Assembly (NCBI GenBank): GCA_012295275.1
Contig: CM022667.1
Location: 19,468,001 to 19,532,000, forward strand
Origin: Chrysomallon squamiferum
Taxonomy: Eukaryota; Animalia; Mollusca
Length of the DNA stretch: 64,000 bases
Direction: 5' to 3'
Translations under genes and position numbers: made by a program
Shown here: positions 39,107 through 55,049 of the stretch, one piece after another
Numbering within the stretch: position 1 is the first letter of the stretch
Layout: each line of letters begins with the position of its first letter
The notes under the pieces: model-generated
Databases searched by the model: none
What the model saw: the letters and a program-made list of their open reading frames with translations, nothing else
What the model was told of the DNA's origin: nothing

Positions 39107-40739
39107 ATATCTCAACATCAAACAGTGTTTTCATTAGACCTGCACGTGCGTTTACATGTGGTACGGATTCTTTTCTTCTTTTCACAAAGATTACGTCATA
39201 TATGTTTATTACGCAGTTTTCTACTGTACTACAAATAACGTATTAATGTGTGAAAATAGCAATACGTAATTATTTAACATATTTCCCATGTGTTAAAATT
39301 ATCACAAATAAAGAAAATTTGTTTTTAAAAAGTTGAAGGGAATAAAACGGAGTATAAAAGTAAGATATGTCAAGGTTTAATTGTGCAAATTATTCCTTAG
39401 CAACTATATATATATATATATATAGAATGTAGGCTACTGCCACTTAATAATTACTGTATACTTTAATCACGATAAAATTTGTGTTAAAAGCTATGTTCAG
39501 ACTGATAATTTAAAAATTAATTTGTATTACCTTGAACACAATGTACAGTCTAATGAGACGTGTATTATTTGTCTTACTCTTTGTCTGTGTGTGTGTCTGT
39601 GTGTGTGTCTGTGTGTGTCTGAGTGTGTGTTTGTCTATGTGTGTCTGTGTCTGTGTGTGTCTGTATATATATATATATATATGATATTACTGTTTTGTAT
39701 TACTGCGACATTAGTTTTATCATCTACCTACCTATATAATATTTACATCAACCTTTTAATATATATATATTTTATTGCAAATAAAGTGAATATAGAAGAA
39801 AGACTGCGAGATGCACGTTAAAGTGGTGGCACGTGGGTTTATCACAGATTAAACACGGTATTTTAATTCGATGCTCGCTTAAAGAAATGCTTGTATACTT
39901 GGCTATTGATGTAACTGTCAGAGCGACATCTGTTTGCTCGAGATGTGATTAACAAACGGTACAGCTGTTGAGAAGAAAAAAATAAAAAATAGTGCGCTGT
40001 TATAAAGAATACGGGTATTATGAAAAAGTAATGTTCTTATGAAAGAGTTCAGTTGTTACGAAAGTATTGATGTATATGAAAGAGTACAGCTTTATACGGA
40101 AACACTGCTGTATGCAGGGCGGGTCTGTTGTGAAACTAATGAAGTTTAAGCATCCGGGCATCTAAACAGAATCTCAGATGTGTCTAAATTTTTGAAGCCC
40201 GTCGTGATACGTTGCCGTAGGAGAAGTTGAGGGTAGTTCCCAAAACCTCGCTGCTGTTTGCGAAGGGCTGACGTAACTTTTCCATGTTTCAGGGCCCCAA
40301 GAACGTAGACCTGGCCATGACTGTGTATTGCACGCGCTCAGTCCGTTTATATCGTCAGTCATTTTATCATTTAATTTGTAATTTCCTCCATCTTTGCAGA
40401 AGCATTACAAAACACGTTAGCTGATAAGAGAAGTATTTCGGTTTTTGAATAATTAAATTAGCTTAATTTTCAAGAAGCAAAACTGTTTTTATTGCACTAA
40501 GCAGAGGAAAAAAAAAAAAATGTTTGTTTCAAACCAGATACAGATCTTTATCGGTGTCAACTGAAGGGAAACAAATAAAATGTTTTTCTTTGAATAGTCT
40601 GTTAGGTTGTTTTTTCAAAGGTTTTGCTTTCAAGATTTCTTTTTTTCTTTGTTTCGTTTTCTTTTTCTTTCTTCTTCTTCTTCTTCTTCTTCTTCTTCTT
40701 CTTCTTCTTCTTCTTCCTCATTTTTATTTATTTATTATG

Positions 40740-40792
<53 letters not shown>

Positions 40793-41069
40793 TTTTATTT
40801 TTTTCCACCTATTTGTTATCATTAATTCTTGGGCAATGTCTAATCTTCCTTATCTGCTAGTTCTGTTACACGTGTCGTGTTTTGTGAAGCGGTTTGCAGT
40901 GAAATAAGGATTACGCGTTTTCTTTCTCACCATGACGGTCTTTTATTTCCATTACCAAAGTAAAAACTGAACGAAAACAAAATATTTAATCTGAAAACCA
41001 GAATTTATCATAGCGGAAATAGGTAACATGCGATATTAGATAAGATAATATTCTCTAAAAAAAAAAATC

Positions 41070-41100
<31 letters not shown>

Positions 41101-41494
41101 TAAAATAACGGCAAAGAAGTAAAATATATTTAAACAAACCTATCTGTACGCGCAGAAGAAGTAATTAGTTTAAAACTTGGGTGTAATCAACGATGAAGAA
41201 GTTTCAATGGAGCGGTCTGAGAACTGTGAAGAAATAAACAAAACTGGGGTCACATCCCTGCTCGCCGATCAGCCGACAGATAGCGCGCCATGTTGTTACA
41301 GATGGATGCGCGTGAAAACAGATTTTTCTTCGTGATAAACGTTCAGATTTAAACACGGGATGTAAAAAGTGGTTACAAAAAAAAAAAAAAAGCTCCAAAA
41401 AAAAAAGAAGAAAAAAAAAGATGGAGAATAAAAATTATGCAAGAAGGGAAGAAATGAGTAGTAAACAACTGGAATAATAAAAACATCAGCCTTC

Positions 41495-41552
<58 letters not shown>

Positions 41553-41636
41553 TCCTGATGATTCGATGATTTATTTATAAAAAAAAAAATTCTGTACATA
41601 TACACATTCATACACACACTGACACATATCCATACA

Positions 41637-41724
<88 letters not shown>

Positions 41725-41742
41725 ATTATGTAAACTACTGAC

Positions 41743-41822
41743 CATTCTGCCAGGAGGATCCAGGAACTCAATGGTGGATTCCTCGCCATTCAGCTGTACT
41801 TGCACTGTAATCTCTCCCGCGT
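41743..41822 (-). CDS. RGK-family small GTPase, coding exon 2
   Basis: (D)AGEITVQVQLNGEESTIEFLDPPGRM. Boundaries tttttcag and ATG|GTCAGT, 80 nt, phase 1-0. It joins exons 1 and 3 in frame and is not in the ORF track. Confidence 0.9.
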
Positions 41823-42016
41823 CTGAAAAACAAACAGTTAATTCTTAGTTACCTGTGTTTATTAACTCAAGTGATTTATTATTATTATTATTATTATTAT
41901 TATCATTATTATTATCATTATTATTATCATCATTATTATTATTATCATCATTATCATTATTATCATCATTATCATTATTATCATCATCATCATCATCATT
42001 ATCATTGTCATCATCA

Positions 42017-42049
<33 letters not shown>

Positions 42050-42075
42050 TATTATCATCATCATCATCATCATCA

Positions 42076-42118
<43 letters not shown>

Positions 42119-43127
42119 TGTTGTTTTACTATTTTTCTCTTTCTCATTAAGTATGACTTCGTCTCTCCTTTGTTTTGTTTACTGACTGTGTGTATGGGTG
42201 TTTATTGTTATGATTCCGTCAGAGATTTGTTCAAACATGTCTGTCGAGTGCAGTGAGTCAGTGAGTTCCGTGAGTGTGAGCACCTGTATGTGTATATACT
42301 TGTATAACTGAGTATAATGTCTGTGAGTATACAACTATGCATAACTGTTATTTATGTGTAAATTCACAGTGGAGAGGCAAATTGAAAAGAGATTTGTTAT
42401 TGTTGTTTCTACTCCTTTTGTTATTATTATTGTTACTGTTTATTAACATCATCATCGTCGTCGTCGTTTATATTATTATTATTATTAAATATTATTACTA
42501 TTATAACTATTATTATTATATTATATAATATTAATATAATAATTATTGTTGTTTTGTTGTTGTTGTTATTGTTATTGACGACGATGACGGTGTTAAAAAT
42601 AAATAGACTACTTCTTCTTTGAGATGCGCAGTATTACCACGTTGTGTAATAATCAAACTTATCAAGACTGTTACTTAGAAAGCCGCGGTGGTCTTTTAGC
42701 AGAACGTCTGCTGAATGTTCAGTTATTACCAGTCTACCAGGGCATGCTGGGAGACGGCTTGGATTTCAAAGAAGAAGATCAGTCGACATTTTAGCAGTCT
42801 CTCGAAATAGCGCCAAAACACACGCGCTACCTTGACGCGCCCAAACGCATGTCGTGTAGGTCAGAAGGTAAAACCTTCAGGTTGTTTTCGTGTATCAGGT
42901 TTTCCTTTTTGTTTTACTTGTTTTAGGCAGACAGCAGAGACGTTTATTGATTGCGAATTGTGTGTTAGAGTTTTGTGTGCATGTGAGTGAGTATGTGCTT
43001 GTGTGCTTGTGAGCGTGTGTGTGTGTGTGAGAGAGAGTGATTTTGTTGTTGTGTGTTTTTTGTTTTGTTTTGTTCGTTTTGTTTTGTTCGTTCCCTAGTT
43101 GATTATGGAAAAAGTAAAACGCGAGTT

Positions 43128-43238
<111 letters not shown>

Positions 43239-43437
43239 AAGAAAGGAAAGCAGTAAATACAAATTATAAGTAAACATAATCTACTGAATGTATATTACTA
43301 ATTATTGTTTCTGACTGATACTTGAAGTTGCTGGCAACTGTTTCCTTATTTCAACAGATAAACATGATAAGTACTGCTGACTGATTGTTAGTAACTTAAG
43401 ACTGTATAACAGACGGGCCTAGCACTGTTAGAGAGCC

Positions 43438-43556
<119 letters not shown>

Positions 43557-44283
43557 GAAGAGGTAGATAATATGCAGCATAAATCACACCCTAACACACA
43601 TAAAGTATGGTCCGACCCTGAACTGCACACGTCTTAAACTATTCCTGTGAAGTATTGCTACTAACATGCTATGATTGGCTGTTATCAGGATTTAACCAGC
43701 TCGTTAATGGGTATAGTTAGTAGGTATATGCGAAATGCCGGGAGCTGCCACAACGGTCGAATTATGATAATTAGCTTAATTACAGTGGTGCTTAATAAAC
43801 TAAATAGTTACGGTAATGACGTGCTTGTCAAAAGAGTTAGGTCAACGTCTGCCTTTGAACCAAGTTCTCCTGAGGTCAAGTAGTGTGTAGATGGAAACGA
43901 AACAAATACAGAAACGAAGAAACGAAACGAACACAGAAACTAAGTCCTGTGGAAGAATTCAGTCGGGGGAAATTCGGAGAGAAATGAGGTCACGAAAATT
44001 TTGGCGCTAGATCCATGCGTAGTCAGCTAAAGTCATGCTTTAGCATCTGTTTTTACGTTTCGAAAAGAAAAACAACAACAGAAAGATTCATTCCTCATAG
44101 ACTGGTAACATGTTAATAGATTTAAACGTCATAAAGTCATTCATGATGATTTAGCAGTGCGTGAGGAGGAGTGTTTAAGGAAGGGCTGCGTGTGATAACA
44201 GCGCTGAGTGAAATCACTCGCATACTAACGGTGAAAGATTAATTATATCATGTATGAACTAGCGTGCGCGTGCACTGAGAAAT

Positions 44284-44336
<53 letters not shown>

Positions 44337-45587
44337 CACACGCACATACATACACAACACTCATACACGGATATATACACAAGAATACACACACACACAT
44401 ATATATATATGTACAGACATCCACAAACATGCAAATTCAAATACACATGCACACACATATACGCATACACACACACACACACACACACAGATAAACACAA
44501 ATACATATGCATTATGTAATTATTCATTCTTGTGATTTTTTTTTTTTGTAATAAATAACAAATAAAATAATTAAAATAAAAGAAGTCGCATATACGTGAA
44601 AACGTCACATACACACATAAACGTCACATAAAGAAACAAAACAAAAAGTCACATACACACAAACGTAACATATATACAGTTACACACACATGTACCTGTA
44701 CGTACGTAAACATACAGTTATTTTTACATACAGTAAGCGCGTGTACAAAATTCATGTTTATCTATAAACGTAAAGGAGTCACTTGTACGACTAATAATAC
44801 TGAAGTAGCGGCGGTTAGTTAAAACATGTTATTGTAAGCAGAGTATTCGCTACAGTACAGAGGCGTCTATAAACAGTACTGATGTTTGTTGTCTATAAAT
44901 CGTATTCTAGTGTATGTTACAACGAGATTCCGGCGATGCGATATTTAAATGTCTAAATATCTTTAGCGAAACCTAGCCATCCATTACTGCTACGGTGTCA
45001 CGTGATAGTGTCACGTGTCACTTCCGGTAACTGGAGAAATCGCCTTTTAATTAGTTTTTTTGGATGTTTTCTTTTTTGTTTTGTTTTGTTTGCTTTGTTC
45101 TTCTGCTTGAGTTACCTGCTCTTGACCTTTCTCTTTTCTTTCCCCGTGAAATAATAGGCTGGTGTGAAAGACATTGTCTTATTAGACACGTCAACAAACA
45201 GCTTTGTGGTAAATGACTTATTCGCTTATGATTGATTCTCCAGCAGCCATGTTTTCTCGTGCGTTTTTCCAGCCACGGTGCTGCCAAGTTGTTTGTTAAC
45301 AATAAAATATCTACTAGAGTACAGAGGTTGAAAGGGTGCATTCTGGTCACAATGTTTTCCTTTTTTCTTTTTTTTAAATTATATTTTAATTATCAGCATT
45401 TAAAAAAAAAAATAATAATATTTACTTTATATATATATGCACACATACACACATATATATCAACACACACACATACACACATACACACACACCCACAGAA
45501 ATACATACCCACTGAGTATATACGTTATTTATTTATATTTGTTTGCTAATTAATTATTCATTAGATATACACCTACATCTTAATGTT

Positions 45588-45850
45588 ATAATTAAGCTTA
45601 TTATCATCATATATGTTTTATGTAGATTTCATATATTTTATAATTAAGCTCATTATCATGTATTATTATGTATATCTTATAATTAAACTTACTATCATCA
45701 TATGGTTTTACACAGATTTTGTATTTTGTAATTAAGCTTATTATCATCATATATATTTTACACAGATTTTGTATTTTATGATTAAGCTTACTATCATCAT
45801 ATATTTTTACACAGATTTTGTATTTTATGATTAAGCTTGTTATCATCATT
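45588..45850. repeat. About 50-bp tandem repeat (5-6 copies)
   Basis: Unit approximately ATTAAGCTTATTATCATCATATATATTTTACACAGATTTTGTATTTTATG. Confidence 0.8.
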
Positions 45851-46289
45851 AAAAACGATTCATCCATTTAACTGCAGTGGAATGTACGTCCTGTGTGTTT
45901 TCTTTGAACTGCTAAAACAATATAAATGTTGACGTTTTCGAGAGGGGTGGGACTGGTAAAAAGCTGTTATCTGACTAACTCTCAAAGCAAGGGTTTACTG
46001 TACTCTGATAAATGGGGAGTTTGAAAGGCAATGTTCGTTAAAATGCTACAGATGTCGCTTCATTCTTCATTCTAAGTGTGCGTTCTAGACAATCTCTACT
46101 TTTTTTTTTTTTTTTTAAAATCTCTTCTAGTTATTTTCGGATGGAAGATATATGGACGTACGAAACGCACAAGCCGCCGCCCAAACGACAAAAGTGTTCT
46201 GTAGAGACGACTTGACAGATCGGTGAATGTTTTCCAGAGATAACGTTATCTCTGTGAGCCGCACCAAAACACCCCACACAGCTTCTCAG

Positions 46290-48590
46290 TGCAGTCCTCT
46301 ATCAGATTTTATACAGAAATAAAGCACCTCACAGTATTTCTTAGTTCAGTCCTCTATCAGATTTTATATAGATATAAAACAACTCACAGTATTTCTTAGT
46401 TCAGTCCTCTATCAGATTTTATACAGAAATAAAAGAACTCACAGTATTTCTTAGTTCAGTCCTCTATCAGATTTTATATAGATATAAAACAACTCACAGT
46501 ATTTCTTAGCTCAGTCTTCTATCAGATTTTATACAGAAATAAAACAACTCACAGTATTTCTTAGCTCAGTCTTCTATCAGATTTTATACAGAAATAAAAC
46601 AACTCACAGTATTTCTTAGTCTATCAGATTGTATCTACAAATAAAACAACTCACAGTATTTCTTAGTTCAGTCCTCTATCAGATTTTATATAGAAATAAA
46701 ACAACTCACAGTATTTCTTAGTCTATCAGATTTTATACAGAAATAAAACAACTCACAGTATTTCTTAGTTCAGTCCTCTATCAGATTTTATGTAGAAATA
46801 AAACAACTCACAGTATTTCTTACAGCTATTGTCTATCAGATTTTATGTAGAAATAAAACAACTCACAGTATTTCTTAGTCTATCAGATCTTATGTAGAAA
46901 TAAAACAACTCACAGTATTTCTTAGTCTATCAGATTTTATACAGAAATAAAACACCTCACAGTATTTCTTAGTCTATCAGATTTTATACAGAAATAAAAC
47001 AACTCACAGTATTTCTTAGTTCAGTCCTCTATCAGATTTTATGTAGAAATAAAACAACTCACAGTATTTCTTACAGCTATCAGATTTTATGTAGAAATAA
47101 AACAACTCACAGTATTTCTTAGTCTATCAGATCTTATACAGAAATAAAACAACTCACAGTATTTCTTAGTCTATCAGATCTTATACAGAAATAAAACAAC
47201 TCACAGTATTTCTTAGTCTATCAGATTTTATGTAGAAATAAAACAACTCACAGTATTTCTTAGTCTGTCAGATTTTATGTAGAAATAAAACAACTCACAA
47301 TATTTCTTAGTCTATCAGATCTTATACAGAAATAAAACAACTCACAGTATTTCTTAGTCTATCAGAGTTTATATAGAAATAAAACAACTCACAGTATTTC
47401 TTAGTCTATCAGATTTTATGTAGAAATAAAACACCTCACAGTATTTCTTAGTCTGTCAGATTTTATGTAGAAATAAAACAACTCACAGTATTTCTTAGTC
47501 TGTCAGATTTTATACAGAAATAAAACAACTCACAGTATTTTTTACAGCTATCAGATTTTATGTAGAAATAAAACAACTCACAGTATTTCTTACAGCTATC
47601 AGATTTTATGTAGAAATAAAACAACTCACAGTATTTCTTAGTTCAGTCCTCTATCAGATTTTATGTAGAAATAAAACACCTCACAGTATTTCTTAGTCTA
47701 TCAGATTTTATATAGAAATAAAACAACTCACAGTATTTCTTAGTCTATCAGATTTTATGTAGAAATAAAACAACTCACAGTATTTCTTAGTCTATCAGAT
47801 TTTATATAGAAATAAAACAACTCACAGTATTTCTTAGTCTATCAGATTTTATGTAGAAATAAAACAACTCACAGTATTTCTTAGTCTGTCAGATTTTATG
47901 TAGAAATAAAACACCTCACAGTATTTCTTAGTCTATCAGATTTTATGTAGAAATAAAACAACTCACAATATTTCTTAGTCTGTCATATTTTATGTAGAAA
48001 TAAAACAACTCACAGTATTTCTTAGTCTATCAGATTTTATGTAGAAATAAAACAACTCACAATATTTCTTAGTCTGTCAGATTTTATGTAGAAATAAAAC
48101 AACTCACAGTATTTCTTAGTCTATCAGATTTTATGTAGAAATAAAACAACTCACAATATTTCTTAGTCTGTCAGATTTTATGTAGAAATAAAACAACTCA
48201 CAGTATTTCTTAGTCTGTCAGATTTTATGTAGAAATAAAACAACTCACAGTATTTCTTACTGCTGTTGTCTATCAGATTTTATATAGAAATAAAAGAACT
48301 CACAGTATTTCTTACTGTAGTCGTCTGTCAGATTTTATATAGAAATAAAACAACTCACAGTATTTCTTAGTCTGTCATATTTTATGTAGAAATAAAACAA
48401 CGCACAGTATTTCTTAGTCTGTCAGATTTTATATAGAAATAAAACAACTCACAGTATTTCTTACTGCAGTCGTCTGTCAGATTTTATATAGAAATAAAAC
48501 AACTCACAGTATTTCTTAGTGCTATCAGATTTTATATAGAAATAAAACACTAAAACACCTCACAACTGTTTGTATAGTTTATCAGATATT
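46290..48590. repeat. 47/55-bp minisatellite array (about 46 copies) in RGK intron 1
   Basis: Core CTATCAGATTTTATGTAGAAATAAAACAACTCACAGTATTTCTTAGT (47 bp). Variants of 48, 49 and 55 bp differ at the junction. Confidence 0.95.
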
Positions 48591-49082
48591 ATATAGAGAT
48601 ATGTCCAACGTTTAACGTTTTTCTTTCCTTGTTTTATTTTCTTACTTTTTTTTTTTTTTTTAAATTTATTTGTCTTGTATTTCCTTTCGCTCTTTTTTCT
48701 CTCTCTATGTTTATTTATCAATCAATCTATCTCGCGCATTCAGAGAAACATATGTGATATATATATTACACCCGTTACTAGTTCTCAAATGCAAATATAG
48801 CTTTCCATTCTGAAACACAAACATATGTAAATAAATATATACACACAGGTACATAAATACACAAACATACACTTATTAATACATACACATGCATACACAG
48901 ATAAATATACTCGCATAAATACACCCACGTACATAAATATACAGACTAAATTACATAAACAGATATGCTTGTACGTACATTGAAAATTTATAATTTTAAC
49001 ATGCATCACATGTATGAACACTAAAATGCAGTTTACAGGAATTCAACTTTAACTATTATTTCAACAGTCAATAAAGAGAATC

Positions 49083-49113
<31 letters not shown>

Positions 49114-49456
49114 TGCTCTGTGCTTATTTTGTAACTTTTGTTTATTCACAAACGTATCCCATTAACTTTTTCAACAGCTGGTACAAAGTTTTTAATTTTG
49201 GCTTCTGGGGAATTTTTTTAGCCTTTTTACCTCGTAAAGAAATTAAAGATAAAAATGTCTACTACGAAAGAGTTTTTCTTAGCCTGTGAGATAATGTCAC
49301 TGAAATGACGTTATCGCATGCACTTCGTTTGCTTGAACGAAAATAAAGCGAAAAGAAGTTCGTGAAAGTATGAATGTTGTTTCTTTTCTTTTAATTTTTT
49401 TACACTGAAATATTGTGATCGAAATACGCTTTCACAAAGCTGAATTACAAATCAGC

Positions 49457-49499
<43 letters not shown>

Positions 49500-49565
49500 A
49501 AGTTGACATAGTAAGGAACGTATGCTTGAAAAATTAAAATAGGCATTTTTTTTCTTATTTGTATA

Positions 49566-49610
<45 letters not shown>

Positions 49611-50090
49611 TAAATAACTCAGCGTTTTTGCCCTAACATGCAGAACAAAACAAAAAACAAACAAAAAAAACAAAAAAATCATGAACATTAACAGTCTGAT
49701 TTTCTACAGTTATACTGTTCCCCCAACCTTGAACCCAAAGTTAAGAAAACGTTCTAGTGGAGAAAACGTTGAGAGTGTAAATATAGTTTGTTTTGGTTTT
49801 GTGTTTTCCCGGGCTCGCGCACGTCATCGGTCTCACGTAGCGCTATGGAAAACACACGGCTCCCGGACTAATTGCTAGTACAGATTGTAATTACTGACAA
49901 CCAGCAACAAGAAATACACACGTTGCAAGAGATGACCAGAGTAATGAAGATGAGAAAAACAGAAGAAAGACAGAAAGAGAAAAAAGCTGAAATATATAAA
50001 GAAAGAAAGAAGAGAAGCAGAAGAAAGAATGCAAAAGACAATAGGAAAAAAAGAGCTAAAAAGAAGCCAAATAAATAAATAAATACATAA

Positions 50091-50122
<32 letters not shown>

Positions 50123-50308
50123 CATCCATACATATATAAAATAAGAAAAGAAGAAAGAAAAATCAAATTTGGAATAACAATATTGCAAAAATTGAGATTA
50201 TCCCAGTGATAAATTAAACAAACAAAAGAATTAATAATAAACTGTTGAAGAATATCGTTTATATTATATTATATAAAAATTATATAAAAATCGAGATTGC
50301 ATACGTAT

Positions 50309-50339
<31 letters not shown>

Positions 50340-51010
50340 AATACATACTAATACTGTTCTACGTTATGCAACTGATCAGGGTTACATATTTAAACTACTT
50401 TTTATAACATTTATATCTCTAAAAAAAAAAAAAAAAAATTTCAACAGTTACGAAATGCCAATGCGAAAATGTCACTATAATTTTATTGTCCAAACAATAT
50501 CTGTGTCCAAGACCTAATATAAATATTTGCTTATGCTCTACTTCTGTCAAACGATTTTTGTACTTCTGCTGAAATGGAAGTTCAGCACTTTTAGCAAACG
50601 GAGAGGCAATTAAGTTAATAGAAATGAAAGTGGGAAGCTTGTTTCCATTAATTCTCTGGCAAGTTCATTAGAGAGACGGGAAAGAGTTTCAGAAGTCATC
50701 ATGTTGACTCCAATAAGAAATAATCGATATTGTTAAAGTATCGATGTCTGTTTTGTATGTTTGTTATTAACAGGCTGTTATGTTATATGTGTGTTATATT
50801 TATTAGTAGTTTGCTGTGTTTTATTTTACAGGAAAAGAAATGAACAGGTGTAGCCCGTAAATCGTTTTATTTATTTATTTGATGGTGATTTTGTTTGTTT
50901 GTCTGCCTCAGTATTTTATTATTTATATTTTATCTTTATCGTCATCACCACTGTTGTATGCATTATCAGAATTATTTGTTCTATGGGATTTATTAACTTG
51001 TATTTTTGCT

Positions 51011-51112
<102 letters not shown>

Positions 51113-51973
51113 CTAACAAACTGATTAAGAGACAATAAATTAGCGGCTGTTTCCGCTAGCTTTACACGAAATGTGGAAACGAGGCTGGCCGACATTTGAA
51201 ACTGTTTTACCGTGGAGCCGATCAATTCACACGCAGTTAAAATTAGCCAAACTGAATTTCTCAACAAAACAAAACCAAAAAAAAAAACAACGTGATCAAC
51301 CTCGTGCCTTGAACACAAACAACTAACTAACTACCTGCTTGCTAGAAATAACAGAGTTCCTTCTTTCACATCTTATTTAAATTACTGTCCTCGCATCTGC
51401 CGATCTCCCGAGTTTTAAATCTGCGTTAGTGAGGAAATTAAATGTAGCTAAGATTAGCGACACAGTAAATACACAGCCAGTGTGGAGAAAACAAATTAAG
51501 TGTCAGAACTGTTTATTTACAAACAAACAAACAAAAAAAAAAAAGATTTAAAAGAAGAGAAGATAACAATGATTGTTTTAGGCAGTTAAGTTGTAGAAAG
51601 CTATGGAAGTAGCTGAAAGATTGGATATATGTACGTGTTTTTGTATGCGTATTCTCAGTGTATGTGTGTGTGTTTGTGTGCGTGTATTTGAACTTGTGTA
51701 TATATGTATGTATGTGTATATTTATGTTTATTTTTATGTGTGTATGTGTATTTGTATGTATACGTATATATATATATTTGTGTGTGTGTGTGTATGTAAA
51801 TGCGTATATATGTATGCATGTATGTACGTATATATGTGTGCATATAAATGCATACATGTATGAATGTATTTCTATACAAGTATGTATATGTGTGTGTTTG
51901 TAGTGGGAATACGAGTTCGTATGAGCTCTTATAATTATGTGTGTGTATGTGTGTGTTTGTGTGTGTGGAGGGG

Positions 51974-52290
51974 GATATGGGTGTATGTGTGTTCTGTAGG
52001 AATGATTATAGTAATATTTAAGAGGTATGGTATGTGTGTGTGTGTGTGTGTGTGTGTTTGTGTGTGTATCTGTGTGTGTGTGTGTGTGAGTGTGTGTGTT
52101 GTTGATATGGGTGTATGTGTGTTCTGTAGGAGTGATTACAGTAATATTTAAGAGGTATGGTATGTGTGTGTGTGTGTGTTTGTGTGTGTATATCTGTGTG
52201 TGTGTGTGTGAGTGTGTGTGTTGTTGATATGGGTGTATGTGTGTTCTGTAGGAGTGATTACAGTACTATTTAAGAGGTATGGTATGTGTG
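51974..52290. repeat. Three copies of a ~60-bp unit separated by (GT)n tracts
   Basis: GATATGGGTGTATGTGTGTTCTGTAGGARTGATTAYAGTAMTATTTAAGAGGTATGGTATG at about 51974, 52104 and 52226. Confidence 0.8.
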
Positions 52291-52429
52291 TAAGGCCAGA
52301 CAAACAAGGTAGTCACCTTGGCTTTACAGTAAATGTTAACTGACTCGATACTCAGCAGGTGCTACACAAAAATACACACTGCTCTTCAGTCTGTCTGCGG
52401 GTGTTACTTAATACATCATTCTGTACGTG

Positions 52430-53186
<757 letters not shown>

Positions 53187-55049
53187 TTTTTACTTTAGTA
53201 GTTTAGACGTTGCTAAACGTTATGTGATTCACCGACTCATTAGGTCCGTTTTGTTTGTTTCTCATTTCTGACGATGTAAAAAAAAATTAGCTAAAACATG
53301 CTAAATGTCATAAATTAAATTAACTGCATGCAGCCCGCTCTTTGAGGAAACGGGTGCAGTTAATTAGATGTTTGTGCCAGAACTCGGTTTTAATTGAATA
53401 AATTCTTGCTATATTTTTCACTTTTTTTTTTTTTTTCTTTTTTTTTGTTTATCTTTACTTTTTTTTTTCTTATACTTTTTTTTTTTTTTTTTTTCTTTTT
53501 TAAAGTAGTGTATAAAAGTGAGAAAAGTTTTGAAGAATGTCACAATGTTTTTGCAGCTGAAAAAGTGTTTCACTAATTTGCAATTATCTCCAGTATCAAC
53601 GTGTGACCTGCGGTTGTAGACAGTTTTACTGTAAACAAAGTCTGAAGCTTTGGCTAGACAATTTACTTCGAAACTTAGAAGAAAAAAAAAAAATTAACAC
53701 AAAAACCCCACACACATACAAGAGAAAAGAGAAAAAAAGAGAAAAGAAAGAAAACTAATATACTGGTTAAAAATACCAAGTTGTTTATTTTTTGTAGTTT
53801 ATAGGCCTCTACAGACCGATAAATAGTCAGACAGAGATACAGACACACAAACAGATGGACAGCGATAATTTGTGATCTATTCTGAAACTGTGTTGGCCCC
53901 TGTTATATAAATAAATGCTAAATATAAGTTTTCTGCAGTCTAGCATTTAGATGCTATTACAAAATGTCAGATTAGATATTAACAGAAAACGATGAAAAAT
54001 GTAAGGAATTTTACGTAGTTTTTTTTTTTTTACCAGTTATGTATAAAGTAATGTGGGCCTTGCTCATACTTCATATATATAAAAAAAAACAACCCCAAAA
54101 AAGAAACAAAAAAAAAAAAACGTTTACTTTTCAGTAACTATTTAATTCTATATACATTCATGTGTCATAACTGAATTTAGTAAATGTATAGTGTTTGTAT
54201 CATAGTACAGTTTTTATAAAGTTGTGATGTAACCACAGTTAACTAATTATTGTTTCTATATTAGGTATTCAGTGTTACTGCATTTATTTTACATTTTACT
54301 AATTAACTAACTAAACAAACAAACAAATTAACAGATAAATAGACAAATATATAAGAAAATAAATAAGTAAGTAAATAAATAAATAAAAATAAATAAGTAA
54401 ACAAAAAATAAATTAATAAGTAAATAAATAAATTCATTAAAAAGTAAAATAAAATAAAGTAAAAAAAAAATATATATATATAATAAAATAAAACAAAATA
54501 AAATAAAATAAAATAAACCAAAACAATATAAAATAAAAATAAATTAATAAATAACAGTCCTATTCTGTTCACATTTACAGCACGGTTTTGCACATATCAC
54601 TTTTCTTACGTAAAAACGAAAGCAGAAAACTATTAATAAACTTCGTGTTTTGATTTATTACGACAGAACTGCTCGACTCAACACTGGCTTCAGTTAATTA
54701 TTTAAAGAAATGCTACAGGTGATATTTACAGCCGATTTAAACTTCGGTGAACTGAAAATAATTGAGCTGTATTTTTATTTCTATTTTTATTTCTATTTTT
54801 ATTTATTTATTCATTTATTTATTTATTTATTTATTCATTTATTCATTCATTTATTTATTTATTCATTTATTTTATTCATTTATTTATTTATTTATTTATT
54901 TTATTATTTATTTATTTATTATTTTATTTTATTTTATTTTATTTTATTTTATTTTATTTTATATTGTTTTTTTTTGTTTTTTTTTCTCTATCTTTTTTCT
55001 TCTTTTTTCTTTAGTTTATTGTGCTTGATCCAGAATATTTTAGAAGAAT

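Noticed and set aside
40114-40320. Possible GC-ended MITE (CAGGGCGGGTCT ... AGACCTGGCCATG)
   Set aside because: The inverted repeat is too degenerate to call without a repeat library.
46290-48590. CRISPR-like appearance (constant repeat with variable junctions)
   Set aside because: The variable parts are only 2-11 nt, recur, and are homologous to each other. There are no unique spacers or cas genes, and the array lies in a eukaryotic intron.
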